Shown here piece after piece: positions 8,414-21,394 of a stretch of 64,000 bases of DNA. The notes beneath the pieces are model-generated. The model ran no database searches. It had not been told where the DNA came from and saw only the letters and a program-made list of their open reading frames with translations. Every line of letters starts with the position of its first letter. The first letter of the stretch is position 1. Location: assembly GCA_965224245.1 (NCBI GenBank), contig OZ245046.1:4672001-4736000 (forward strand). The letters run 5' to 3'. Origin of the DNA: Candidatus Eiseniibacteriota bacterium (GTDB taxonomy: Bacteria; Eisenbacteria; RBG-16-71-46; CAZAMP01). The translations under genes and the position numbers were made by a program.

Positions 8414-10660
8414 ATGCGAACGCGCGTTCAGGCGCCCGATCGACCCTGCCCTCGGCGCGACGTGCGGCCCCGTCTCGCATTCGCGGCCGGCGCCGCGGCG
8501 TGGCTCTCGGCGCTGGCGTGTGTGATCACGCCGGGCTCGGTGCTCGCCACCGAGTGCGCCGATTACACCCAGTACGCGCACTGGATCGGCGGCACGACCG
8601 GAACGCTCGACGCCCGGGCCTTCGACGCGGCGGGGGACCTCGTCTACGTCGCCGAGCAGAGCCGCGGGCTGACGATCTGGCGCCGGCAAGCTTCCGGAGC
8701 GCTCACCTACGTCGGTGGTACCCAGCCGTTCACCGCGCTCGACGTGCGCGTTCGCGAGGACTTCGCCTACGTCGCCGCGTTCACCGACGGGCTCATCACG
8801 GTGGACGTGAGCGACCCGACCGATCCCACCGTCGTGGCCCTGTACGAGGTCAGCGGGTACGGTCTGGCGGTCGACGTCGTGGACGGCCTGGTCTATCTGG
8901 GCGTCGAGCACGGCGCGCCCGACGGGGAGCTGCGCATCTACGATGCGGCCGCGAACCCGTGGTTACCGATTTACCAGGGGCGCGTCTTGACCCCATGGCA
9001 GGTCCGGACCGTCCGGGTTCGGCCGCCCTTCGCCTACGTGATCGACACGTTTCGCCTCGAGGGCGCGCCCACCGGGGGGATCGGGGTGTACGACGTCAGC
9101 GATCCCACGCTTCCGTACAAGGTCGCCTATCGTGGACTCGGCGTGTCCTCGGGTCTCGCGTTCTCGGGCACCTTCGCCTTCGTCGCCGCCGAGACGTTCG
9201 GGTTCTGGGTCATCGATCTCTCCGATCCGACGGTGCCGATCCGGGTCACGTACGCGGACGGCTACGCCGGCGAGGACGTGGCGGTGGTCGGCGAGACGCT
9301 CTGGGTCAGCGGCGACGCGGTTCGACTCTTCGACATCTCCAACCCCCGCCTGCCCGTCGCAGCGGGTCGACTGGAGGTGCGTTCCGGGAACCCGGGCGCG
9401 ATCGACGCCGTGGGGGACGCGGTGCTGGTGGCGGACGGCGGCGACGTGTATCTGGCGCAAGCCGGCTCGGGGGCGCTGGCCGCACCGACCGCGGTGGTCG
9501 GGGTACCCGAGCGCGTCTCGGCGCTGGTGACCTGGCCGGGAGCCGCGATCGCGGGGGACAGCACCGGCCTGCGCGTGATCGACCTGGCCACGCCCGACAA
9601 GCCGGTGTTGCGGGGCGCGCTCGACGACGTCGGCCCGATCTCGTCGCTGGCGTACGGCGGCGGATGCGTCGTCGCCGGTGACGCCGCCGGGAGAATCGCC
9701 CTCGTCGACGTCTCGGATCTGGACACGCCCGTGCTCCGGGACGTGCTGCCCGGCAACGGAGAGGCCATCGATGCACTCGCGGCCGATGCCGATCTGATCG
9801 CGTTCGGCACCTCCGCCGGCGGCACGAGCCTGCTCGCGCTGGCCACGCACGACGGCGGCGCGATCACGCCGCGCGGTACCCTCGTCTTGCCCGCCCCCGC
9901 GCGGGACGTCGCGCTTCGCGGAACGACGGCCGCGGTCGCGATGCACGCCGGCGGCTACCTCCTGGCCGACGTATCCGATCCCGCGATGCCGATCGTGTCG
10001 AGCACGCTCGTGACCGGTCGCCCGGTATCCCTGGACTGGTGGAACGACCGCCTCGTCGTCGCCGACGAGGTCCTGGGACTCGTCGTCGTCGACGCCGCCA
10101 AGCGGACGAGCCCGATCGTCGTCGGGCAGCGGAGGCTCGCGGTCCCGGTGCGCCGCGTCGAGAGCGAGGCCGGCGTCGCGTGGGCCGGGACCGACGGCGG
10201 CGTCTTCCTGATGGACCTCCGCGGCCCGGATCCGATCTCGATCGGCTTCCTTCCATCCGAGGATCTGGCCGCGATGGCGCTCGGCGAGGTGCTCCTGGCC
10301 GGCGGTGCGACCGATCACGTCGACGTGTTCGCGGGCACCTGTGCTGCGGTCGGGGTCGCCGGCGGGGAAGCGCCGGCGGTCTCGCCGATCCGGCTCGTGG
10401 CCGCGCCGAATCCGTTCCTGGGGTCCACGCGGATCTCGTTCGACCTCGTCCGTGGGGGCCGCGCGTCGCTGTCGATCTTCGACGTGACCGGACGGCGCGT
10501 GCGCACGCTGATCGACGGCGCGCGACGCGGTGCGGGAACGCACGACGCCTCGTGGGACGGCCGCGACGACGCCGATCGGCCCGTTTCGCCCGGCACGTAT
10601 TTCTACGTGCTCGACGGGCCGTCCGGCCGTGCCCGGGGGACGATCACGCGGGTGCGATAG
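8414..10660 (+). CDS. Secreted LVIVD-repeat beta-propeller protein with C-terminal FlgD-Ig/T9SS-like domain
   Basis: Signal-like N-terminus; repeats AYVA...GL.xxDVSDPTxP; C-terminal APNPF...IFDVTGRRVRTL...WDGRDD...PGTYFY...TITRVR. Confidence 0.8.
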   Translation: MRTRVQAPDRPCPRRDVRPRLAFAAGAAAWLSALACVITPGSVLATECADYTQYAHWIGGTTGTLDARAFDAAGDLVYVAEQSRGLTIWRRQASGALTYVGGTQPFTALDVRVREDFAYVAAFTDGLITVDVSDPTDPTVVALYEVSGYGLAVDVVDGLVYLGVEHGAPDGELRIYDAAANPWLPIYQGRVLTPWQVRTVRVRPPFAYVIDTFRLEGAPTGGIGVYDVSDPTLPYKVAYRGLGVSSGLAFSGTFAFVAAETFGFWVIDLSDPTVPIRVTYADGYAGEDVAVVGETLWVSGDAVRLFDISNPRLPVAAGRLEVRSGNPGAIDAVGDAVLVADGGDVYLAQAGSGALAAPTAVVGVPERVSALVTWPGAAIAGDSTGLRVIDLATPDKPVLRGALDDVGPISSLAYGGGCVVAGDAAGRIALVDVSDLDTPVLRDVLPGNGEAIDALAADADLIAFGTSAGGTSLLALATHDGGAITPRGTLVLPAPARDVALRGTTAAVAMHAGGYLLADVSDPAMPIVSSTLVTGRPVSLDWWNDRLVVADEVLGLVVVDAAKRTSPIVVGQRRLAVPVRRVESEAGVAWAGTDGGVFLMDLRGPDPISIGFLPSEDLAAMALGEVLLAGGATDHVDVFAGTCAAVGVAGGEAPAVSPIRLVAAPNPFLGSTRISFDLVRGGRASLSIFDVTGRRVRTLIDGARRGAGTHDASWDGRDDADRPVSPGTYFYVLDGPSGRARGTITRVR

Positions 10661-11522
10661 GGATCGCCGCCACCTCACCGGTCAGCGCCGGCTCGCCCCA
10701 GCTCGCGGCGAGATCGGCGAATCCGGGCGTCGGGCCGCGCCATCGGAGCGCGTCGACGTCGTCGAACACGTCGACGTCGGTTCGCAGCACGGCGAGCCGG
10801 CGAAACAGGAGCGCGTCCCCCCGGTGCTCGGTCAGCGTGGCGGCCAGTCGCGCCTTGCCCCTGACGTCGACGTCCCACGAGGCGGGATCGGCGGGGATGT
10901 CCTCGAGGCGGCCGTACCGGGCGAGCACGCGCGACGACGACGTCGCGCCCCAGCCGGGGAGACCGGGAAACCCGTCGGCCGCATCGCCGGTCAGTGCGAG
11001 GTAGTCGGCGATGCTCTCGGGGGGAACGCCGAACTTCGCCTCGACCCCGGCCCGATCGCGCACGTCGCCCGATCGCACGTCGAGCTGGACGACCCGCTCG
11101 TCGCGGACGCTCTGGGCGAGGTCCTTGTCCGGGGTCCGGATCACCACGCGATCCACGCGCGAGTCCTCGGCGGCACGATGCGCCGCCGATGCGAGCGCAT
11201 CGTCCGCCTCCACCTCCACGCACGGCCAGACCACGATGCCGAGCGCGACGAGCGCGTCCTCCAGCGGATGGAACTGCGCCCAGAGATCCGGATCGATCCC
11301 CTCGCCGGTCTTGTACCCGGGCCACAGCTCGTTCCGGAACGACTCGACGACGTGATCGGTCGCCACGCCGACGTGGGTGACGCCCGACGCGAGAAGCCGC
11401 ACGACCGATCGGACGACCCCGATGACGGCGCCGCGCTCCTCGCCGTCGACCGGAGTGCGGGCGCGGCCCCCGTAGTACTGCCGGAAGAGCTCGTAGGTCC
11501 CGTCGATCAGATGAACGTCCAT
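10644..11522 (-). CDS. Standalone 5'-3' exonuclease / flap endonuclease (PolA N-terminal-like)
   Basis: HLIDG, FRNELWPGYK, EADDALAS, DKDLAQ, DYLALTGDAADGFPGLPGWG (H3TH) motifs. Confidence 0.9.
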   Translation of the reverse strand: MDVHLIDGTYELFRQYYGGRARTPVDGEERGAVIGVVRSVVRLLASGVTHVGVATDHVVESFRNELWPGYKTGEGIDPDLWAQFHPLEDALVALGIVVWPCVEVEADDALASAAHRAAEDSRVDRVVIRTPDKDLAQSVRDERVVQLDVRSGDVRDRAGVEAKFGVPPESIADYLALTGDAADGFPGLPGWGATSSSRVLARYGRLEDIPADPASWDVDVRGKARLAATLTEHRGDALLFRRLAVLRTDVDVFDDVDALRWRGPTPGFADLAASWGEPALTGEVAAIPIAPA

Positions 11523-11612
11523 GGGCGATCTCCGTTGGCCAGGCCTGGTGGTTGCCGAGTGGCCGTTTCGACTCGTAACGCTCCGACGACACGCGGTGCG
11601 GTCGACCGACGG

Positions 11613-12176
11613 CTAGCGAGCGGCGATCCGTCGCACCATCTCGCCCAGCTTGCAGACGGTGCGCCAGTTCCGGGCCGTGACCGGCGAGCCGACGATGCGA
11701 TCCAGCACGGCGGGGGTCAGCTTCGATCGACCGACGCCGCTCGCGAAGTGGATCCACAGGGCGTCCCCCTTCCGGATCACCGTCTCACCGCCCACCGCAC
11801 GACTCCGGAGCTCGGCCTCGGCCCTCGCGGCCGGAGGCCGCCGGGACAGCGCGAGGTGGACGAGCTTGGCATCCTCGTTCGACTCGTCGGCAAAGGGATT
11901 GCCCGTGACGTAGCGTCGCCACCGGGCGGCCGGCCGCACGATCACGGGCACCGGGAAGCGGAACCGCGCCTCGATCGCCTCCTCGAGCCGCGACTCGAGC
12001 GTCGTCGCGTGCACGTCCGAGCTGAACACGAGATTGCCGCTCTGGATGTAGGTCTCCACGTCGCCGAGCCCGATCCGGGCACATACCTCGCGCAGCGTCG
12101 CCATCGGGACCTTGTGCCGGCCCCCGACGTTGATGCCGCGCAGCAGGCCCACGTACGGCTGTCGCCGACTTGCCAT
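11613..12176 (-). CDS. DUF1697 family protein
   Basis: LLRGINVGG, VETYIQSGNLVF, TARNWRTV signature; ATG at 12176 with GGAGG upstream. Confidence 0.9.
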   Translation of the reverse strand: MASRRQPYVGLLRGINVGGRHKVPMATLREVCARIGLGDVETYIQSGNLVFSSDVHATTLESRLEEAIEARFRFPVPVIVRPAARWRRYVTGNPFADESNEDAKLVHLALSRRPPAARAEAELRSRAVGGETVIRKGDALWIHFASGVGRSKLTPAVLDRIVGSPVTARNWRTVCKLGEMVRRIAAR

Positions 12177-12205
12177 CGCGCCTCCGCTCCTGGTCGTCGG
12201 GCCGG

Positions 12206-13465
12206 TCAGCGCGCCAGTCGCGAGATCTGGGCGACGATCTCCCGGACGCCGAGATACGCGAACAGCGCCAGCGACCCCCCGAGCACGACGTTCGCCAGGA
12301 GCCCGTTCCGCAGCTCCCCTAGGCTCCGCTTGTTGTTCATCACCAGGAGCGTCCCCGCCAGGAACGGCATGAACAGAGACCCCACGGCCGCGTACACGAC
12401 GACGAGCCACACCGGACGCTCCATCAAGAGGAGCAGCATCGGCGGAAACGTCATGAAGAGCACGTATCCGCGATAGAGCCACCCGTGCTGGCTCTCGTAT
12501 CGATCCATCGCGGCGCCCTTCGCCCCGCGGAGCAGCCCCACGTAGTTGCCGAACATGTACGGCACGCCCTGCCACACGCCGACGATCGACGTGGCCACCG
12601 AGCCCCAGAACCCGACGAGAAACACGAGCTCGCCCGGTCGGCCGAACCGGTCGGCCAGCACCTGCGCCATCTGGATGACGCCCTGGCTCCCGCTCACGCT
12701 CAGCCCGCGCGGCAGCAACACGACGCCACCGAGGAGAATCACCGCGACGCCGAAGAGCCCGGTCAGGAGATAGCCGACGCCGAGGTCGAACCGGACGACC
12801 CTCGAGAACCCGGGTCCGCTCCAGCCCTTCTCCCGCATCCAGTAGTTGTACGAGAGGAGCGTCAGCGTGCCTCCCACCCCCCCGATCACGCCCATCACGA
12901 GCACCGTGGATCCGCTGGGCAGCGTGGGGACGAGGAGCCCGCGCAGCGTGTCGGCCAGCGGCGGCGCCTGGAGCGCGGCGCTTCCCATGATCGCCACGAA
13001 CATGAGCCCGATCGCCCACTTCATCGCGCTCTCGAACACCCCGTATCCGCCCAGCGACACGAAGAGCGCGGCGCCGACGGCGTGGACGATCGCCCACGCC
13101 TTCACCGAGAGCGCGGGCACGAGCGCGTGCGCGGCCAGTCCGCACGCGCTCATCAGCGCCGCGGAGACGATGAAGGTCCACAGGACGAGATAGACGAGGA
13201 AGTAGATCCGGACCGGGGTGCCGAACGTCTCGACCCAGCCCTCGAGGATCGTCGTGTCGGTGGCGAGCTGCCAGCGTGCGACGCCCTCCGCGAGCGCGAA
13301 CTTCAGGAGCCCCCCGAACGCGGCGGCCCACAGGAGGGGCAATCCGTACGTGGCGCCGGCCTTGGTCGCGGCCACCAGATCACCCGCACCGACGCCCGTG
13401 GCCGCAACGACGATCCCGGGACCCAGCATCGAGAACAGCTGGCGCCAGGATCGCGGTGCGGTCAT
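12206..13465 (-). CDS. Nramp-superfamily divalent metal transporter-like membrane protein
   Basis: GPGIVVAATGVGAGDL, GATYG, about 11 TM segments. Confidence 0.75.
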   Translation of the reverse strand: MTAPRSWRQLFSMLGPGIVVAATGVGAGDLVAATKAGATYGLPLLWAAAFGGLLKFALAEGVARWQLATDTTILEGWVETFGTPVRIYFLVYLVLWTFIVSAALMSACGLAAHALVPALSVKAWAIVHAVGAALFVSLGGYGVFESAMKWAIGLMFVAIMGSAALQAPPLADTLRGLLVPTLPSGSTVLVMGVIGGVGGTLTLLSYNYWMREKGWSGPGFSRVVRFDLGVGYLLTGLFGVAVILLGGVVLLPRGLSVSGSQGVIQMAQVLADRFGRPGELVFLVGFWGSVATSIVGVWQGVPYMFGNYVGLLRGAKGAAMDRYESQHGWLYRGYVLFMTFPPMLLLLMERPVWLVVVYAAVGSLFMPFLAGTLLVMNNKRSLGELRNGLLANVVLGGSLALFAYLGVREIVAQISRLAR

Positions 13466-13602
13466 CGAGGCCCCTTTCGAACCGGCGAGGGTGACGATGG
13501 TGACGGCGGCGTTAGAGCCCGCACCGCGTCGAGCCCGCGCATCATCCGATCCCCGCCGGGATGCGTCAACCGCACGGCGACGATCGGCGTCGCCGGCGCC
13601 GA

Positions 13603-14229
13603 TCAGCGCCGGATGATGCTGAGCGCGTAGTCGCGGCCGAGACCGAAGCGATACGCACCGCTGATCCAGAGCAGCGCGAAGGACTCCAGCAGTCGCGACG
13701 ACGCGATCCCGCCGGCCTCGATCGCCTCGAAGCCGAGGTCGGTGGCCAGCCCGGCCACCGTGCGACGGGCCGTGTCGTCGTCGCCGGCGACGTACATCAC
13801 CGCCCGGCGACCCTCCATCTCCGGATCGATCATCACGTTGTACCCGACGGTGTTGAACGCCTTCACCACGCGTGCGCCGGACGCCCAGCGCGCGACCTGC
13901 TCACCACCCGAGTCGTCTCCGTGGTGCGTGAGTCCGGACAGATCGGGGAGAAGTGGGTTCGTGCAGTCGACGACGATCTTCCCCGAGAGGCGCCCCGCCG
14001 CGGAGATCGCGGCCTCGGTGGCGTTCCATGGCGTGGCCAGGACCACGACGTCGGCCGGGTCCACGACCTCCGGGATGGGACCGGCCGCGCCGCCGGCCTC
14101 GGCGGCCAGCGTCGCGTACTTCGGGTCGTCGGGGTTTCGAACGCCGTAGCGCACTTCGTGATCGCCACGGGCCCATCCGCTTCCGAGTGCCGTGCCCACG
14201 TTGCCGGCGCCGATGATTCCGATCTTCAC
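13603..14229 (-). CDS. NADPH-dependent F420 reductase-like NAD(P)-binding oxidoreductase
   Basis: IGIIGAGNVG Rossmann motif, VLATP, VVDCTNP, VVKAFNT; GGAGG RBS. Confidence 0.85.
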   Translation of the reverse strand: MKIGIIGAGNVGTALGSGWARGDHEVRYGVRNPDDPKYATLAAEAGGAAGPIPEVVDPADVVVLATPWNATEAAISAAGRLSGKIVVDCTNPLLPDLSGLTHHGDDSGGEQVARWASGARVVKAFNTVGYNVMIDPEMEGRRAVMYVAGDDDTARRTVAGLATDLGFEAIEAGGIASSRLLESFALLWISGAYRFGLGRDYALSIIRR

Positions 14230-14299
14230 GACGAGCCTCCCATGGCGGCGATCGTGGCCGCCGTATCCGCGCTGGTCAGTCCTCGTTCGGCGACCCGGC

Positions 14300-14340
14300 T
14301 TGACGGCGGTCGCCCAATTCGATTACGATACCGCATCGTA
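14300..14340. promoter_or_regulatory. Sigma70-like promoter overlapped by palindromic putative TetR operator
   Basis: TTGACG(14300)-N18-TACGAT(14324); TACGAT-ACCGC-ATCGTA inverted repeat in AT-rich spacer between divergent genes. Confidence 0.6.
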
Positions 14341-14376
14341 TATTAATTGATCCGGTCCTGCAACCGCGGAGACGCC

Positions 14377-15006
14377 GTGGCATCAGAGGGTTCGACATGT
14401 CGCTCGCGTGGACGTCCGCGCGACCCGCGACTCGACGCGCGCATCCTCGATGTCGCGCTGGAGCTTCTTTCACGGCAAGGCTTTGCGCGGATGACCATCG
14501 AGGCGGTGGCCCGTCGGGCTGGCGTCCCGAAGCCGACGATCTATCGTCGCTGGGCCTGCAAGGCCGATCTGGCCACCGCGGCCCTGGCCCGGCTCCGCTC
14601 GATGGAGCCGACCCCCGCGGGAGACTCCACGCGCGAGGCGCTGGTGTCCATCCTGGCCGGGTTCCAGCGGAACCTGACGCGCCCGAACGGCCTGGCCATG
14701 ATCGGGACGCTCCTGGCCGAGGAAGCCCGGCATCCGGAGCTGATCGTGCTCTTCCGGGAGCGTATCGTCCTACCCAGACGGCGGACGATCCGCGACGCGC
14801 TCGAGCGGGGCGTCGGCCGGGGCGAGATTCGATCCGACGCGGACCTCGATGCCGCGGTGAACCTCCTGGCGGGGTCGCTCTACGCGCGATACCTCGCCGG
14901 ACCGCCGATCCCCGAGGGATGGCCGCGCCGCATCGTCGACGTCGTGCTCGACGGCATCGCGGACGGCGCCGGCGAGGCCCGGCGCCACGGCACCCGGCTC
15001 GGGTGA
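14377..15006 (+). CDS. TetR/AcrR family transcriptional regulator
   Basis: RGRPRD...ILDVALELL...TIEAVARRAGVPKPTIYRRW HTH; GTG start after GGAGA. Confidence 0.9.
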   Translation: MASEGSTCRSRGRPRDPRLDARILDVALELLSRQGFARMTIEAVARRAGVPKPTIYRRWACKADLATAALARLRSMEPTPAGDSTREALVSILAGFQRNLTRPNGLAMIGTLLAEEARHPELIVLFRERIVLPRRRTIRDALERGVGRGEIRSDADLDAAVNLLAGSLYARYLAGPPIPEGWPRRIVDVVLDGIADGAGEARRHGTRLG

Positions 15007-15053
15007 CGGGGGAACACTCGCCGTGCACGACGAGAGAACGAACGGGGAACCCG

Positions 15054-17519
15054 ATGCAAAAGTACCTGAGGCTCTGCACCGAGAAGGCCGCGCAGTCGAT
15101 ACAGCGTGGTGTCAGCGAGATGGTGAGCATGCGGCGGCGCGTCTTCACCCCCGAGTTCCTGCTCGTCGGAATCCTCGAACAGAACGAATCCATGGCCACG
15201 CGGATCATCGAGGAGCTCGCCGACGATCCCGCCGCCACGCGGCAGAAGATCGTCGACGCCTGCGTGGACTCGCCCATGCACGAGAAGGACCAGATGGTCA
15301 CGCCGCAGCAGCCGCAGGTGCTGGTGAGCCCGCAGGTGCAGCACGTGCTCGAGGCCGCGCACGGTGAGGCCCAGCGCGCCGAGGACAAGTTCATCGGAAG
15401 CGGGACGCTGTTCCTCGGCCTGTTCCACGAGGAGGCCGGGCGCGTCGCCACCATTCTCCGGGACGTGGGACTCGACACCGACCGTGCGCGAGAGGCGTAC
15501 GTCCAGCTGCGCGGCGCGCGACGTCTCGATTCCAAGGACGCCGAGCAGAAGACCGCGTTCCTGGAGCAGTACACGACCGACCTCACCGAGCTGGCCCGGC
15601 GCGGAGAGCTGGACCCGGTCATCGGACGTCAGAACGAGATCCGCCGCGTGATCCAGATCCTGTCCCGGCGCAAGAAGAACAACCCCGTCGTGATCGGCGA
15701 GCCCGGCACCGGGAAGACCGTCATCGTCGAGGGCCTCGCGCAGCGGATCGCCGCTGCCGAGGTGCCAGAGACGCTCCTCGGCAAGCAGGTGCTGCTCCTG
15801 GACATGGGCGAGCTGATGGCCGGCGCCAAGATGCGCGGCGAGTACGAGGAGCGCGTGAAGGCGATCAAGGACGAGGTCATCGCGGCGGGAGGCCAGATCA
15901 TCCTGTTCATCGACGAGCTGCACATGGTCGTGGGCGGGGGCGGCGACGCCGGCGGGAACGCCGCCAGCAACATGCTCAAGCCCGCGCTGGCGCGAGGTCA
16001 GCTGCAGTGCGTCGGCGCCACGACGACCGAGGAGTACAAGCGGTTCATCGAGAAGGACAAGGCGCTGGAGCGCCGCTTCCAGCCCATTCTTCTGGAGGAG
16101 CCCGACGTCGAGACCACGGTGCAGATCCTCGAGGGGCTGAAGGAGCACTACGAAGCACACCACCACATTCGCTACGACGACGAGGCCGTCCGGCAGGCGG
16201 CGGTGCTCTCCGAGCGCTACATCACCGACCGGCGGCTTCCCGACAAAGCCATCGACCTCCTCGACGAGGCCGGGAGCCGCAAGCACATCGACATGATCTA
16301 CGTGGACCCCGAGGTCGCGCACCTCGAGAAGGAGCGCCAGGAGGTCGTGGCGAGGAAGATGGCGGCTTTCGCGGCGCAGGACTTCCAGTCGGCCGCCGAG
16401 ATGCAGCAGCGCGCGATCCAGCTCAAGGACGCCATCGACCGCGCACGCAAGGAGAGCGCTGACGCCCGCGAGGACGGCGTCGTGACCGCCGACGACGTGG
16501 CCGCGGTGATCGCCGAGTGGACAGGGATCCCGGCCGCGCGCATCGCCGAGAGCGAGGCCGACAAGCTCGGACGCATGGAGGACAACATCCATCACCGGGT
16601 GATCGGGCAGGAGGAGGCCGTGGAGGCCGTCTGCAACGCGATCCGTCGCAATCGCGCCGGCCTCCGGAAGAGCTCACGTCCGATCGGATCGTTCCTGTTC
16701 CTCGGCCCCACCGGCGTTGGCAAGACCGAGCTGGCCAAGGCGCTGGCCGAGTTCCTCCTGGACGACGAGTCGAAGATCATCCGCCTCGACATGTCGGAGT
16801 ACACGGAGCGCCATCAGGTGGCGCGCCTCATCGGGGCGCCCCCGGGATACGTGGGCTACGGCGAGGGCGGTCAGCTCACCGAGGCCGTTCGCCGGCGGCC
16901 GTACTCGGTGGTGCTCCTCGACGAGATGGAGAAGGCGCACCACGACGTCTTCAACATCCTTCTCCAGATCCTGGACGAGGGCACGTTGACCGACAGCGAG
17001 GGCCGGCTGGTCTCGTTCCGGAACACCGTGATCGTGGGCACGAGCAACATCGGCAGCCACAAGATCGCCGACGAGAGGACCGCGATCGGGTTCGGCTCGG
17101 GCAAGAACCAGATCACCTACGACGAGGCGCGGCGGCGCGTGCTCGACGAGGTCCGGAAGACGTTCAAGCCCGAGTTCGTCAACCGGATCGACGACATCAT
17201 CGTGTTCCATCAGCTCGAGAAGCATCATCTCCGGGAGATCGTCGACCTCGTGCTCGCCGATCTCGTCGGACATCTCGCGGAGCGCCGCATCGCGCTCGAG
17301 GTGAGCGACGAGGTGAAGGACTTCCTCGTCGAGGCGGGCTACTCGCCGGTGTACGGGGCGCGGCCGCTCAAGCGCGAGGTCGAGCGGCGCGTGGAGAACC
17401 CCCTGTCGATGGCGATCATCGACCAGAAGTTCGGCGAGGGGGACCGGATCGTGGCACGCCTGGGAGACGACAACGCGGTGGTGTTCGAGACCGCGCCGGC
17501 CATCGTGACCGGAGCGTAG
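15054..17519 (+). CDS. clpC: ATP-dependent Clp protease ATP-binding subunit ClpC
   Basis: Clp_N repeats, [21 protein letters not shown], short UVR-like middle coil, [20 protein letters not shown], ClpP-docking IGF loop, GARPLKR. Confidence 0.9.
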   Translation: MQKYLRLCTEKAAQSIQRGVSEMVSMRRRVFTPEFLLVGILEQNESMATRIIEELADDPAATRQKIVDACVDSPMHEKDQMVTPQQPQVLVSPQVQHVLEAAHGEAQRAEDKFIGSGTLFLGLFHEEAGRVATILRDVGLDTDRAREAYVQLRGARRLDSKDAEQKTAFLEQYTTDLTELARRGELDPVIGRQNEIRRVIQILSRRKKNNPVVIGEPGTGKTVIVEGLAQRIAAAEVPETLLGKQVLLLDMGELMAGAKMRGEYEERVKAIKDEVIAAGGQIILFIDELHMVVGGGGDAGGNAASNMLKPALARGQLQCVGATTTEEYKRFIEKDKALERRFQPILLEEPDVETTVQILEGLKEHYEAHHHIRYDDEAVRQAAVLSERYITDRRLPDKAIDLLDEAGSRKHIDMIYVDPEVAHLEKERQEVVARKMAAFAAQDFQSAAEMQQRAIQLKDAIDRARKESADAREDGVVTADDVAAVIAEWTGIPAARIAESEADKLGRMEDNIHHRVIGQEEAVEAVCNAIRRNRAGLRKSSRPIGSFLFLGPTGVGKTELAKALAEFLLDDESKIIRLDMSEYTERHQVARLIGAPPGYVGYGEGGQLTEAVRRRPYSVVLLDEMEKAHHDVFNILLQILDEGTLTDSEGRLVSFRNTVIVGTSNIGSHKIADERTAIGFGSGKNQITYDEARRRVLDEVRKTFKPEFVNRIDDIIVFHQLEKHHLREIVDLVLADLVGHLAERRIALEVSDEVKDFLVEAGYSPVYGARPLKREVERRVENPLSMAIIDQKFGEGDRIVARLGDDNAVVFETAPAIVTGA

Positions 17520-17582
17520 ACGGCGCTCTCGATCCGTCGTCGGTCGTTGCGACCCGGGGGCCGCTGTGGCACCCTCTCGCCC

Positions 17583-18857
<1,275 letters not shown>

Positions 18858-18927
18858 AGGTGCGACCGGCGGCGGCGTGGAGGCTGTGACTACATCGGCG
18901 CCGCGTGCCTGACGCGCGGGAGGCGCG

Positions 18928-19491
18928 ATGGACTCGGTGCTCTCGATCATCCTCGGGATCTGTCTCGCCGCGGCGTGTGGGTTCCGTGTCTTCGTCCCGT
19001 TCCTGGCCGCCAGCGTCGCCGTGCGGGCGGGCGCCCTCGAGCTGACCGATTCGTTTGTGTGGATCGGGAGCGAGGCGGCGCTCGCGGTCTTCGCGGCCGC
19101 CTCGATCGCCGAGGTGGTCGCGTACTACGTGCCCTGGTTCGACTCGCTTCTCGACGCGATCGTCGGCCCGGCGGCCGTCATCGCCGGCGTGCTGCTCTCC
19201 GCGTCCGTGCTCACCGACATGTCGCCTGCGCTCCGCTGGTCGCTGGCGCTGATCGCCGGGGGCGGGACCGCCGGCATCATGCAGGGCGCGACCACCGCGC
19301 TGCGGGCCGGCTCGACCGTCTCGACCGCCGGACTGGCCAACCCGGCCGTGGCGACCGGCGAGCTCGTCGCCGCCGCGGGGGTGCCGGCCCTCGCAATTGC
19401 GTTCCCGATCGTCTGCTTCGTGCTGCTCGCCGGATTCGCGGTGCTGATGTGGCGCGCCGGGGGCCGCCTGTGGCCGAGGCGCCGCCGCTGA
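18928..19491 (+). CDS. DUF4126 family membrane protein
   Basis: GICLAAACGFRVFVP, EVVAYYVPWFDSLLD, STAGLANP; GGAGG RBS. Confidence 0.8.
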   Translation: MDSVLSIILGICLAAACGFRVFVPFLAASVAVRAGALELTDSFVWIGSEAALAVFAAASIAEVVAYYVPWFDSLLDAIVGPAAVIAGVLLSASVLTDMSPALRWSLALIAGGGTAGIMQGATTALRAGSTVSTAGLANPAVATGELVAAAGVPALAIAFPIVCFVLLAGFAVLMWRAGGRLWPRRRR

Positions 19492-19594
19492 GCCGGCTTC
19501 CCACGCAGATTTCCTCGGGCCGGACCGCCCCGAGCTGATAGCATCCCCGCCTCGCAACCGTCGCTCTCGACCCCGTTTCCCGGCAGGTTTCGAC

Positions 19595-20989
<1,395 letters not shown>

Positions 20990-21394
20990 ACGCGGACGGG
21001 CTCGCTCGTCGAGCCGGCACCCGCGTCGTCGGATTCTCCAACATCAGGTCGATCCCTTCTGGAAGGTCGCTGGAGACGCTCGCGATCTCGTCGGTGTACC
21101 CGGGTGCAATCGAGCCGCCGCAACGAAGCCGCGTCGCAACGCTGACCCCTCGGACAACGAGAGAACTCGTCGGCGTTCATGTCCCCGTCTCGTCGGTGAG
21201 CGCCAGGCTGCGAGCCGACCAAAGGACGGCAATCCAGCTGCACGAGTCGCGCCTCGGCGAGAGTCGCGCTTCGAGATTCTCACCCTTCGACCAAACGACC
21301 GCGCTTGATCCGTGGGAAGCCGGCCCACAACGATCCGGCTCGAGAACGTGGCCTGCCGGAGGTGTCCGGTCGCCTCGCGTGCATCATGGCCTCG

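Noticed and set aside
14397-15053. Apparent 219-aa N-terminal extension of ClpC (1040-aa ORF) suggesting a fusion
   Set aside because: Overlaps the TetR gene in another frame and is low-complexity; ClpC-like sequence starts at ATG 15054
20990-21394. Small ORFs or an ncRNA in the asnS downstream spacer
   Set aside because: No RBS-supported ORF with recognisable motifs and no tRNA or known ncRNA consensus seen
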